Source: Prorocentrum cordatum (taxonomy: Eukaryota). Taken from it: DNA of 64,000 bases. The position numbers and the translations under genes are program-made. The notes beneath the pieces are model-generated. The model was not told the origin of the DNA. It did not search any database and saw only the letters and a program-made list of their open reading frames with translations. The first letter of the stretch is position 1, and the number at the start of each line of letters is the position of its first letter. Location of the stretch: NCBI GenBank assembly GCA_963575745.1, contig CAUYUJ010000245.1:1-64000 (forward strand), given 5' to 3'. Positions 27,495 through 40,452 of the stretch are shown one piece after another.

Positions 27495-29820
27495 GGGTCC
27501 AACCTTACCTTCGTGTGTATTCAGATTGAATGAGTAATGGTAAGGGTTCGGGCTCGGGCTGAGGATTTGCTAGGGATTTGCTAGGGCTCGGGCTTGGTAC
27601 CATAGGAATTGCCTACACATTCAAGTAAACGCCAAACAGAATTGAACAGGAATTTGTTATGAATCGTCTCGGTGAGGCACAGAGAGATCGTGCACGAACA
27701 CTAAAATTCCAATAGCACACGAAGGCGAGGTTTGGAAACCCACAGTTTCGTCTACTCAATACAGGGGCTATTAAGCCAATGGTAGACGAAGGCTAGGTTT
27801 GGATACCCATTGTGTAGGCGCCCTGATGGAAACCCAGCGCATGCGAATCGCATTGGCCACCCATCGCTCGGGAGTCCTATTGGGCACCCGCGGCCCGGGA
27901 GTCCAACTGACAACGCGCTGCGCGGGAAAACCGATTGGCTACGCGTCGCGCGGGAGTCCTGCTGAAGACCTGTGGCGCGGGAGTCCATGTGAAAATGCAG
28001 AGCTCAATCCATGCCGTGGGCCCCTGTGCAGGTGCCGTCGTCTGAATTTGAGACTGCGCGGTGGGGATGCGAGACTAACCTGCGCGCGCCTGCGCGGCTT
28101 CCTTGCCGCGCGCTCAACGGCTGGCGCGCCGCGCAGTCTGGGCCGCTACGCGAAAAGAAAAACAACGCACAATGCTGAGAATCCCGTCAAAAAAACAAAA
28201 GGGCAATCATTGTCTATTGTTTTCCCGCCCTTTGGCAAGCTTCGCATCTCCCAATAGGGCCCCGCCGCAGGCCCCAGCGTCTGCGCCTGCGCGCCGCCGC
28301 TGCGCTGCTTTCGCCCCGCCCCTCACACGTTGCGTGGCCCCGAGGAAGCTCCACCGAAGGCACCGATAATTCCATCCCGCGGGAACCATGTTGGAAGCTC
28401 ATTTGCGCGGAAATCAACTGGGGGACCCGTTGCGTCGGAACCTTGTCGGAAGCCTAGCTTACAGGACCCATTCTGGCATTCCTTGTGCAGCCATCCTAAT
28501 GGGGATCCGTTATTGGAAACCCATCGTGTAGGATTCCAATCGGACGCCCTTTTGTCAAGCAATCCTGCCGGGAACACACTGCGTAAGACCCCGAATCAGA
28601 TTTGGCGTTGGTTTCGTGCGCATGGGATTGGAGACCTAGCGTTTAGGAATTGCATGGGAAAGCCAGCGCGCTGGACTCCTACTCAAACCCCGTATATAAG
28701 CATACCTGTGGAAACCCATTGTGTAGGATTCGATCGGAGACCCACGGTATAAAGCCCCCAGTGGAAATTCAGCGGCGCGCAAGAATCCCATTGGAAACCA
28801 CCAATGTTCAATAATCCATCTGGAAACCATGTGCGTTAGAATGCAATCGGACCTCCATTACATGGAAATCCGACAGATTGGAAGCCCAATGTGGAATCCT
28901 ATCGGAGACCCTTCGCGTGGGAATATTATTGGGGAGCCCTTGTGTCAGAATCCTTATTTGAGATCCTTTGCGTCGGAATCCAGGTGGGGCACAATCGTAA
29001 AGGAATCCTACTGGAGACGCATTGTGTAGGATTCGTAATGGAAGCCAGTCGTATAGTTGATGCTCACTGCGTGGGAACCCGATTGGCAACCCATTGTATA
29101 CGAGTCCTATTGGGGACTCGTTGCATGGGAACCCGTTCGGTAACCCATTGTACAGGATTCCTTCGGGAAGCCCATTGCGCAGTGGAAACCAATTGTACGG
29201 AATCCGATTGGAAACCCATCGTATACGAATCCGATTGGAAACCCATTGCATGGGAGACGCGTTTTTTATATATTAAAACATCGGATGATAATCTAATTAG
29301 GAACCCACGGTGCAGGAAACTAATTGACAACGCGTTGCGCGGGGATCCTGTTGGCAACGCGCTGCGTGGGAGTCCTACTGGAAACACATGGTGCAATAAT
29401 CGCATTGCAAATCCAGAACTAAATCCATGCCGCGGACCCCTGAGCAAGTGCCGTCTCATGCACTTTAGACTCCGCGGCAAGGATGCGAGACAAACCTGCG
29501 CGGGCTCCGAAGACAAAGAAGCTGACGCCGGGGAGACACATGGTTTTTCAGTGGCCAGTGGTGACGGTTGCTCTAAAACCGACGGCGACGCGAAGGACAT
29601 CATTGAAACCGCCTTCTTTTGTTCATTTCCTAATGCGAATCCAATATGCCGCCTGCGCAGCGAATCGTGCACGAAGGTAGGCACTGGCGCGAAATACACG
29701 AAGGCCATGTTTGAAACTACGGTGTTCGTAGTTCCCCTTGTAGGAATTATATCAGGCCGTGTACAGAAGAAGAATGCACGAAGGTGACTCTTGGCGCGAC
29801 ACGAAGGTGAGGTGCGACCC
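27495..29820. mobile_element. 2.3-kb non-autonomous TIR element within (CTA)n
   Basis: GGGTCCAACCTTACCTTCGTGT (27495-27516) matches the reverse complement of 29799-29820 (GGGTCGCACCTCACCTTCGTGT) at 19/22. It has subterminal CACGAAGG repeats, an internal degenerate GGAAACCCATTG-type repeat and no credible ORF. Confidence 0.7.
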
Positions 29821-29821
29821 C

Positions 29822-29835
29822 ACTATTACTACTAT

Positions 29836-29892
<57 letters not shown>

Positions 29893-29974
29893 CACTACTA
29901 CCACTACTACCACTACTACCACTACTGCTACACTATTTCCACCCGTATTGGTATTACAACTACTACTACTATTT

Positions 29975-30016
<42 letters not shown>

Positions 30017-30017
30017 G

Positions 30018-30056
<39 letters not shown>

Positions 30057-30073
30057 AACAACAACTACCACCA

Positions 30074-30104
<31 letters not shown>

Positions 30105-30225
30105 CACTACTACGACTACTACTACTACCACTACTACTACTACTACTACTACGACTACTACTACTACTACTACCACTACTACTACTACTACTACTACAAC
30201 TACTACTACTACTACTTCCACCTAG

Positions 30226-30285
<60 letters not shown>

Positions 30286-30468
30286 CTACTACTACTACTA
30301 CTACTTAACTACTACTACTACACTACTACTACTACTACTACTACTACCACTACTACTACTACTACTACTACTGCTTCTACTACTACTACTACTACTACGA
30401 CTACTATGACTTCTGCTACTACTACTACCACTACTACTACTATACTACGACTACTACTGACTACTACG

Positions 30469-30526
<58 letters not shown>

Positions 30527-30528
30527 GA

Positions 30529-30599
<71 letters not shown>

Positions 30600-30619
30600 G
30601 ACTACTGCGACTACTACTG

Positions 30620-30654
<35 letters not shown>

Positions 30655-30796
30655 GCTACTACTACTACTGCTACTGCTATTGCTACTGCTACTACTACTA
30701 CTACTACTACTACTACCACGACTACTACTACCACTACTACTACGACTTCGACTACGACCACGACTACGACTACAGCTACGACGACTACTACTACTG

Positions 30797-30827
<31 letters not shown>

Positions 30828-30859
30828 GACTACTACTACGACTACTACTACTACTATTG

Positions 30860-30930
<71 letters not shown>

Positions 30931-31558
30931 GCGAGTGCCAGTACCACCTGCTATATGTTGTAGTAGTAGCAAAGTAGTTGTAGCCGCCGCCGCCGCCGTA
31001 GTAGTAGTGGTAGTAGTAGTCGTAGTCGTAGTAGTAGTAGTAGTAGTAGTAGCAGTAGTAGTAGTAGTTATACCAGTTATAGCAGCTGTAGTTGTAACCG
31101 TAGTAGTAGTAGTCGCCGCCGCCGCCGCCGTAGTCGCATCATCTCTCTCCAAAATATTCGCAGTAGCGGTAGCAGCCGTGGAAGTGTTAGTAGGCGCCGC
31201 AGTCGTACCCGTAGCCGAAGTAGTCGTAGTAGTGCTCGTACTAGTCGTAGCGCTAGTAGTGGTAGTAGTAGTAGTAGTAGCAGTCGTTGTAGCAGTAGTA
31301 GTCGTAGTAGTAGGAGTAGTCGTAGTAGTAGTAATAGTAGTAGTAGTAATAGTAGTAGTAGTAGTAGTAGTAGTTGCATTCGTAGTCGCAGTTGCAGTCG
31401 CAGTAGCAACAGTAGTCGTAGTAGTAGTCGTCGTAGCAGTAATAGTAGTAATAGTACTAGTAGTAGTAGTAGTAGTAGTACTAGTACTAGTAGTTGTTGT
31501 TGTTGTAGTAGTAGTAGTGGTAGTAGTTGTAGTAGTGCTAATAGTAGTAGTAGTTTCC

Positions 31559-31589
<31 letters not shown>

Positions 31590-32120
31590 CAGTAGTAGTA
31601 GTAGTAGTAGTAGCCATTGCAACATTACTAGTAGTAGGGGTAGCAGTCGCAGTCGTAGCAAGAGTAGTAGCGTTAGTAGTCGTAGTAGCAGTAGTAGTAG
31701 TAGTAGTAGTAGCAGTGGGAGGTCTAATTGTAGAGAATCGTAGTAGTAGTAGTAGGAGGAGGAGGAGGGGGAGGAGGAGGTTTAGGAATAGTGGCAGTAG
31801 TAGTAGTAGTCGTAGAAGCAGTAGCAGTGGCAGAAGTAGTTGCAGCAGTAGTAGCCGTAGTAGTAGCGGTAGTAGTAGGAGTAGCAGGCGTAGGCGTGGT
31901 AGCAGTAGCAGTACTAGTAGCATTGGTAGCCGTAGAAGTGTCATTCGTAGAAGTAGTGGTAGCAGTAGTAGTAGTAGTAGTAGTAGTCGTAGTAGTAGTA
32001 GTAGTAGTAGTAGCAGCTGCAGTGGTAGCAGTAGCAATACTAGCAGCAGCAGTTGTAGCAGTGGTGATAGCAGTACTTCTACTTCTACTACTACTGCCAC
32101 CACCACTACTACCACTACCA

Positions 32121-32158
<38 letters not shown>

Positions 32159-32405
32159 GCTACTACTACTACTAGTATCACTGCTACTACTACTACTACT
32201 ACTACTACGACTACTACTACGACGACTACTACTACTACTACTACTACGACGACGACGACCACGACTACGACTACGACTACTACTACTACTACTACTACTA
32301 ATACTACTACTACTACGATTGTTGTTACTACTACTACTGCGACTACTACTACTACTACTACTACTACTACTGGTACTAATTCTTCTACTACTACTACTAC
32401 TACTA

Positions 32406-32448
<43 letters not shown>

Positions 32449-32470
32449 GACTACTACTACTACTACTACG

Positions 32471-32503
<33 letters not shown>

Positions 32504-32533
32504 GACTACTACTACTGTACTACAACTACTACA

Positions 32534-32570
<37 letters not shown>

Positions 32571-32571
32571 G

Positions 32572-32606
<35 letters not shown>

Positions 32607-32733
32607 TACTAGTACTAGTACTAGTACTACTAGTGCTACTACTGCCACTTCTACTGCTACTACGACTATTTCGACTACGACTACTACTACTACCAGTACT
32701 GCGACTATTAGTATTACTACTACTACTACTACT

Positions 32734-32777
<44 letters not shown>

Positions 32778-32826
32778 TTACTACTACTACGACTACTACT
32801 ACTACTACTACTAATACTATACTAAT

Positions 32827-32891
<65 letters not shown>

Positions 32892-32892
32892 G

Positions 32893-32926
<34 letters not shown>

Positions 32927-32994
32927 GCTACTACTTCTGCTACTGCTACTGCTACTGCTACTGCGACGACTACTACTACTACTACTACTACTAT

Positions 32995-33028
<34 letters not shown>

Positions 33029-33118
33029 GCTACTACTACTACTAAACCTACTAAACCTACTACTACTACTACTACTACTGCTACTGCTACTGCTACTGCT
33101 ACTGCTACTACTACTACG

Positions 33119-33153
<35 letters not shown>

Positions 33154-33185
33154 GACTACTACTACTAATAATAATAATACTCGTA
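29822..33185. repeat. (CTA)n / (GTA)n / (CTA)n microsatellite with strand switches near 30955 and 32072
   Basis: Directly visible. Confidence 0.97.
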
Positions 33186-35838
33186 TTATTGCGACTAGTG
33201 GTAGTGGCAGGAGTACTAGAAGCAATTGCAGCAGCAGATATCGTAGAAGCAGGGAGAGGACGGGGACGAGGAGGGTGAGAGGAGGAGGCGGAGGAGGAAA
33301 AGGATGATGCGGAGGAGGGGGAGGAGGGAGAACAATGAGGAGGTGGATTTGGAAAACAAGAAAACCATTCAGGGTATGGGAAACAGAATCACCCTCCATC
33401 CCAGTAGCTGCTGCACAGTGCTGAGACACATGTGCGTGGCGCTGAGGGTGGCAGCAACTGTTGAAAATGAACCGCCATCGATCCCCAGAATTGCAACAAG
33501 CTTTTGAAGCGAATGTGCGCGGCGTGAAGGGGAGTTCCCGATGATGAGAAAGAGCCCCATCCATCCGCGAAGCTGCGCGGCGTTGATGCGAGAGCCCCAG
33601 TTTAAAAAAGAACCGCCCTCCATCCGTGCAAATACTCAACATTGCAAGCCTCACGTTTGGAAGTGACTAGGAGCTGCCAACCGAAACGGCCAAGCCGCCC
33701 AAACGACACTGTCTGGGACGCGACAAGGGGCGAACTCTCTGTTCGGAAAAAATGGGCGAGGATGAGAAATACAAGGGGGAGGGGGAGGAGGAGGAGGAGG
33801 AGGAGGAGGAGGAGGAGGAGGAGGAGGAGGTGGTGGAAGAGGAGGAGGAGGAGGAAGAGGAGGAGGAGGAGGAGTGGTTTGTTCCTTCGGAAAAAAACGG
33901 GATGGGGGAGGAGGGGAAGGAATAGGAGGAGGAGGAGGAGGAGGACGACGACGACGACGAAGCAGCCGCGGGCGGGGGCGGCGACGGTGCTCCCCACCCC
34001 TCGCGAGGCGGAGCAGGGCGCCAGGCTCGGGGAGGAGGCGCCCGGCGACGAGGAGGACCGGGAGGAGGGCTCGTGCGCATCCTACGGCGCCCCGGAGGGT
34101 TGGGAGAAAGAAATCACCAAGCGCGTTCCGCTGCTCGCAAAAGTGCCTAGTAGCAAGCGTCAGGCAACACACACACACATGTGTGCCTCGATGTGCTCCT
34201 GTCCCGGATCCCCCGAGGAGGGTCCAGGCCATCTGCGACCAGTTACCCTCGAGAGGGGTGGAACGCGCTTGCTCAGAAGAGTCTCCGAGGCGGGGGGGGT
34301 GCACACGACCACCGCCTGGAGGATCCATGTTCGCAGACCTCTACAGACGGTGGACATGAATATATTCGGGCCCCCAGGGAATTGGGACGTCGGCTCCCAG
34401 GAGGTAGGAGGTGGATATGGATAAATCCCCGACTGCCCTGGCCCGGCGTGGCGCGCAGGGCACTCTCCGGCTTTGGAGCCCGGCATGTCCCCCTACAGGA
34501 AGAAGATCCAACAATAGTGAAAAACAGTTTGGGGACGATGATAGAAATGGTGCGGGGCATTTTTGGGGCTTAAAACAACAAATGCGTTGCATTCTCTTCC
34601 AACATCCGCCTGCACGAGGACACGCCCGAGCTCGTTCCAGCTCCCAATCCTCCTTGCCTCCATGAGGCCCCCGTCTCCCACGAAGCAGAGCGACACGCTC
34701 CCAGCCTGAAGGGCACAGCGTGCCGCAAGGGCCGACGCCGCGACACGCTGAGCTGAAGTCGGGCTCTACAGGAGGAAATATTCAAAAAGTATAAAAAGAC
34801 TTTTGAATATTTCTCACTCTTCTCGATGTTTGTGTTGGCTTTGTTTTACTTGTTCTCCACAATCCGCCTGTAGGGGGGGGGGGGCATGCCCGACCTAACG
34901 CTAAGCAAAAGCTCCTGTCCGTAATGAAGAACTTCTGGAGGTCCCCGCGGATTTCCTGGATCGGCGTTGGATCCCCCTGACGGCGCCTGCAGCGCCGCCT
35001 CTGGCGCGCTCCGCCCACCAGGGTTTGAGTTCCAGCGCCGATCCAAGGAATCCGCGCGGACCTCCGAAAGTTGATGTTCATGGCGATGTCCTTCTTCTTT
35101 GGGGGGTCAGACGACGACGACCGAGACTGCGACCACGACGCCGACGAGGATTTCTCTCATGATCGGCCCCTGCAGGCCCGTGTCCCCCTTGACCGTCGGA
35201 GCTCGATCCGGAGTGATAAATTGGCAGGGGTGGAGCCCAGGAGGAGTCGAGGGGACGGTTTGGGTGGTTTCCGACAACATCTACGTAGTCGGCATTATTG
35301 TTTCGGGAGTCGTTGGTCTTTTCCAGGGGGGCCTCACAGTGGAGGCCTGCCAAGAAACACCCTGCTTGCCTCCAGGGTGTCGTGGGTTTCCTGAGTTTCG
35401 ATGGTTCCTGAGTGTCACGAATGTGCGCGGCGCTGAGGCGAGAGCTACATTTTGAGACCCAGTCGCCCCCTATCCGTGAAACTCTTGCAAATGTTAAAAC
35501 AAATGTGCGCGGCGCTAAGGCGAGATCGGCATTTTGAAAACGGCCCGCCCTTCATCTGTGAAATGGTTGTCCATGTTTTGAAGCGTCAGGGTCATAGATG
35601 ATGGGGACGTCCCAGGCGAAACGCCCGGACCGCCCTAAAACTGGCCTTGGGGTGCGACAGGGAGAAGTTGTTTATAAGGAAAAGGAATGGAGGGGAGGAG
35701 GAGGAGGAGGAGGAGGAGGAGGAGGAGGAGGAGGAGGAGGAGGAGGAGGCGGAGGAGAAGGAGGAGGAGGAGGAGGAGAAGAGGAGGAGGAGGAGGAGGG
35801 GGAGGAGGAGGAGGAGAAGAGGAGGCGGAGAGGGGCAG

Positions 35839-35913
35839 GTTGCGTCAAGTATGATGGCACGCACTCCTGCCAGTGCAACGATGACTGCGCGAAATACGAC
35901 TCGTGCTGCAGCG
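35839..35913 (+). CDS. Small exon or fragment encoding a somatomedin-B-like Cys motif
   Basis: CAG|G acceptor, then CVKYDGTHSCQCNDDCAKYDSCCS with CxCxxxCxxYxxCC spacing. Confidence 0.55.
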
Positions 35914-36840
35914 GACACGACCCTTTTTTCCGTGCCTTGTGCCCGTCGCCTTTTTCTGAGCCAGTGCAGGATTTGTTGGTTCTTGGCAAGTGCATTATTC
36001 GATCGGCTTGCAAACGCAGGTGTGATGGTCGATCGACTTGTAAACGTATACGTACGGAGCAATTGTCATGGAATGTTTGCTGCGCGCGCAGTATCACATT
36101 GAGGCTCTTTGGCGCTCACAGCGCCCCGGGCTCAGTGTACACAGTGCTCGTCGGCAGGTCCGGCGAGGTTCACCAGAAGAGCATCGCAGCCAAGCTGAAG
36201 AGGTAACAGCCCAATCCAGAGGCCAGCTTCCTCCGAGATACCGGCTCCTCCGCATCCTCCTCCTCCTTCTCCTTCTCCTCCTCCTCATCCTCATCCTCAT
36301 GATCATCATCATGCTCCTCCTCCTTCTGCAACCGCTCCTCCTCCTCCTCCTCCTCCTCCTCCTCCTGCTTTCTTATGAGCGCCGGGGAGGCCCCCCCCTT
36401 CGGAAAGCGTTGCGCCAGTCGCCCGCCGAGGAGATCGGCGGGCGAGGGAGCGAGGGCGGCCCGACCAAATGGGCGACCCCGCGCCGACGAGGCGCGGTGG
36501 GCCTTGCCGAGCCGAGAGAGCAGGCGCTCCGCCGGGGTGCCGGGCGGCACGCGCTGTCGTCTGCAGCCCGAGGCGCGCCCCTCGCGCCGCTCGTCTCGCG
36601 GGCCCGTCGGCAGTTCCACGGCCCCTCGCGCCCCTCCTCCTCCTCCTCCTCCTCCTCCTCCTCCTCCTCCTCCTCCTCCTCCTCCTCCTCCTCCATCCTC
36701 CTTCCCCTGCGGAGGTGCTCACCACAACTTCCTCCCCCTCTCGGCGGCTGCAGCAGGGGCGAGATGGCCCGGGGGGGAGCCTTGCATATGTACGGCCGGT
36801 AACTCTGGCTCAGTCCTCCTCATCCTCCTCATCGTCCTCC

Positions 36841-36862
36841 TCCGTAGCCAACTGGGCTCAAG
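36841..36862 (+). promoter_or_regulatory. Full-length degenerate spliced leader relic
   Basis: TCCGTAGCCAACTGGGCTCAAG matches the leader at 19/22. Confidence 0.8.
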
Positions 36863-37529
36863 GCTAAACCTAGTGAAGGGTCGGTGACACGGGAATCTGG
36901 GATTAGCTTTGGCCCATCCGTCGCTGTCTCTCGAGCACCGGGCGTCCGGCGCATTGCGTTTCATTGTCTGGGCTTCTGCCCCACCTAGATATCCATTGCC
37001 CGACCGTGCCCTCGGTTCGACCCTATCCGTGAGTTCCTGGGGGTTTCATGCGATGGCGGCTGCTGCTGCCCGCACTGGTGAGCCCGCTGCCCGAGAGGAA
37101 TCCAGAGATCGGGCTGACTCCTCCTCCTTCTCCTCCTCCTCCTCCTCCTCCCCAGTCATTCTGAGGAGCAAGACACCTCCCGAAGTAACGGACGCGCCCG
37201 CCGCCAGGGCCGCCGATCCGATCGTCGGGCTCGCGCTGCCGCTGCGGGCGGAGACCACCGCCGTACCGCAGCACGCCCAGCCTGGGCCATCGATGTCCAG
37301 ACAAGTCCAAGGACCCACCAGTTCCATGCCTGGCCAGCAAGGCCCACTGGAACCTCAAAACGAGGCGACGATCGGGACAAAATCGGATCGGGATAACTCG
37401 AAATCTCTGAGAATCGGCGGGTTTGGAGGATGTATTGGGCGCCGCGGCCGCTCCAGAGCGTTCCGGAACGCTCTGAGAGCGCTCCGGAACGCTCTGGAGC
37501 GATTTATCCCGATCCTAGCCCTGTTTTAA

Positions 37530-38855
37530 ACACTTCCGCATGGACGACGGAGGGGCTTCCCGGACGTTCCCCATTCAAGAGCAGGCCCAACGTCAACAGC
37601 ACCTCACCGGCCAGGTACCCCATGCACGGGCCGCTGCAGCGCGCGAGCGTGGACTCCCTGGACCCGCCGGAGGTGCCGCAGGTTCCTGCCTCACGCCAGC
37701 ACCAGAGGAGGGTAGTGTTGGACCTGACGCCTGGCCTGAGGCCTCCGCCTTCGCCTACCCCCACGCCCACCGGCCCCGGCGGAGGCAAAGGCAAAGGCGC
37801 GGGCAAAGGAGGGGACTTCAGCACATGAGGCCATCGCCAACGCGCTCGCTCGCTGGCATCGCGCTGCAGGTGCAGGGCATCTGTCACACCGCCCTCCAAG
37901 GCGTCAGTCAAGAGATGCAGGGCACACTGCAGCAGCTCTTGGCACCGACCGAGCGGCGCCTCAACCACGTAGAGACCGACTTGCGCAAGGTCCAGATGGA
38001 GCAGCAGCGGCAGGAACGCGAACAGAAGGACATGCGCCACGATCTCGAACGCATCCAGAAAGTCCTCATCGCGGCGGAGGCCCAGCTTCCTGCCCTCGAC
38101 GCTGCAAGGCTGGCAGCATGGGATCGTGAGCCCAGTCCATACGTCTTCACTGCAGGATCGGCGACATCAGTCTCCGCCCTCGAGGTCAAGCGCTCCATCA
38201 CCGAGTGGGTCGCAGACGCCAACCTGGACGTCAGAAATCCACTTCCACGGAAAAGCTGGTCCCTCCCGCCGCCGCATCTTCGAAGTGCGGGCCGGAGCAG
38301 GCAGCCAGGCAGAGGCAGTTGGCGGCGGCCTTTCGTCTCCGCGGTGGCAGCTGGAGGCGATTCCAATGCATCGACACAGGGAGCCACCAACCCGCTGTTC
38401 CTGGACACACACAAGAGCCCCAAACAGACCCAGACGGAGGTGCGAACAAAACGAATGCAGACCTTGCTGGAGACCAGACACCCTGGGTACCCATGGAAAC
38501 GCATCAGAGCGAAGGGCATCGTCACGATCAACGCGGTGCCGCTGGTTGAGCTCATCCCACAGGGCCCGACAGAGCCCACGCGATTGCTGTGGAATCCAGA
38601 GGGAGCGGGCTACAACAACGACCTTTATCGGAAGCTCGAAGTGTCCGAACTGGATCAGCTCTTCGTACATCTGAGTGCCGATGGCAGCTCTGGGAGCTTC
38701 AGGAATACGTGCCCGGCGACCAGCACAAACGAGACCAACAGCACTCTGCTGCCAGAACTTGCACATGCACACGATGGCCAGCAGCAGGCTACGCCTGCCA
38801 ATCCTCATTCTCCATCAGTACCTGTACCAGTTCATGACCAAGCGTATATGCTCCG
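37530..38855 (+). pseudogene. Frameshifted, 3'-truncated retrotransposon ORF1/gag-like region
   Basis: A GKGKG stretch, a coiled coil (ERRLNHVETDLRKVQMEQQRQEREQKDMRHDLERIQ), then WDREP...DTHKSPKQ...WN. The ORF1 assignment is by architecture only. Confidence 0.45.
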
Positions 38856-40452
38856 CCGCATCCGGTGTTTTGGAGCGACTCAGGAGCGCCAGGGCGTAAC
38901 GGTTTTGTTGATTCACGGTGTTGAAGTCCCAGGAATCGTGTTCAGGCAGGATTCAGGATCGTCAAAAGGCAGCAATCAAGTTGATTCGTGGCGTTGGATC
39001 CCCGAGAATGGTGTCTTGGCACGCGTCAGGATTTTCGCACGGTTGTCTCCCAGCGGGGCATTAATATCAGTGGACATGAATTTCTGGATGGGGCCTGTGA
39101 AGAGGGAGCTTGGAGGGAGGGTGTATTCCAACGTCGTGGAAGAGTCTTGGATTTGCATTTGTCCTCCTCCTCCTCCTCCTCCTCCTCCTCCTCCTCCTCC
39201 TCCTCCTCCTCCTCCTTCCCCTCTTTATCCCCTGGAGGGGCCCCCCAAGAGTGGGGGCCGGGCCTTTGCGCCCCCTGGTGCAGGCGGGGAGCACCGGGCC
39301 TTCAGGGCACAAGCCCCCGCACCCTGGGGACAGCCGCCATAAGCGCGGCCTTCCTTCCCCAGGGGGGTCGCCAGGTCCCGTGGCCTCCCCCAGGGCGGCG
39401 CAGGATTCCCACCCTGCACTCGCCGCCCTGGGGCGGGACCGGCGGCTCGTCCCGTCGTTGTCGTGCGTGTCGTGTCGTGTCGTGCGTCGTCGGTCGTGCC
39501 GCGTCTCCGTCCCCCCGTCGTGTCGTGTCGTCGTGTCGTTTTTGGGTCCCGGGTCCGGGGTTTTTTTAAAAACGCGCCGTCGGCGACGCAGGTCTCCCGT
39601 GGGCCCCCCTCAGCCTTCCCGGCTGGGGCCCCACCCTCTGGGAGTCGTTGCTGGGGGTCCTCTCCCCCCACCTCCAAGGTGTGAGCGCGCCGGAGGCGCC
39701 CCGGGCGCGGCCCGTGGGGCGCCCGCGCGCGGGCCAACCGTGGCCCGGGCCAACCGTGGCCCCTCGGTTCTGCCTAACGGCTTGCAGGGAAAAAAATCCT
39801 CCCCCTCTTTATCCGCACGCGGGAGCGCCTGCAGAGGCGTGCTCTTTGTCGCCAGCAGACCTTCCACTGCCAGCTCCGCCGCGCCGTGCAGCCGCGGGCG
39901 TGCGCCCTCCGTCCACATCGCGGCGCCCGCCCCGCGGGGCCGCAGTCCAGCCGCTTCCGGTGTCTTGGAACGACTCAGGAGCGCCACGGCGTAACAGTTT
40001 CATTGATTCGCGGTGTTGAAGTCCCAGGAATCGTGTTCAGGCAGGATTCAGGATCGTCAAAAGGCAGCAATCAGGTTGATTCGTGGCGTTGGAGCCCCGA
40101 GAATGGTGTCTTGGCACGCGTCAGGATTTTCGCACGCTTGTCTCCCAGCGGGGCATTACTATCAGTGGACATGAATTTTTGGACGGGGCCTGTGAAGAGG
40201 GAGTTTGGAGGGAGGGTGCACTCCAACGTCGTGGATGAGTCTTGGATTTGCATTTGTCCTCCTCCTCCTCCTCTCCCTCTTCCTCCTTCTCCTCCTCCTC
40301 CTTCTCCTCTTTATCCGCGCGCGGGAGCGCCTGCAGAGGCGTGCGCTTTGTCGCGAGCAGACCTTCCGCTGCCAGCCCCGCCGCGCCGCGCAGCCGCGGG
40401 CGTGCGCTCTCCGTCCACATCGCGGCGCCCGCCCCGCGGGGCCGCAGCCCAG
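38856..40452. repeat. Interleaved direct duplications X-Y-Z-X'-Z'
   Basis: 38856-39230 matches 39951-40316, and 39803-39950 matches 40306-40452. Confidence 0.9.
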
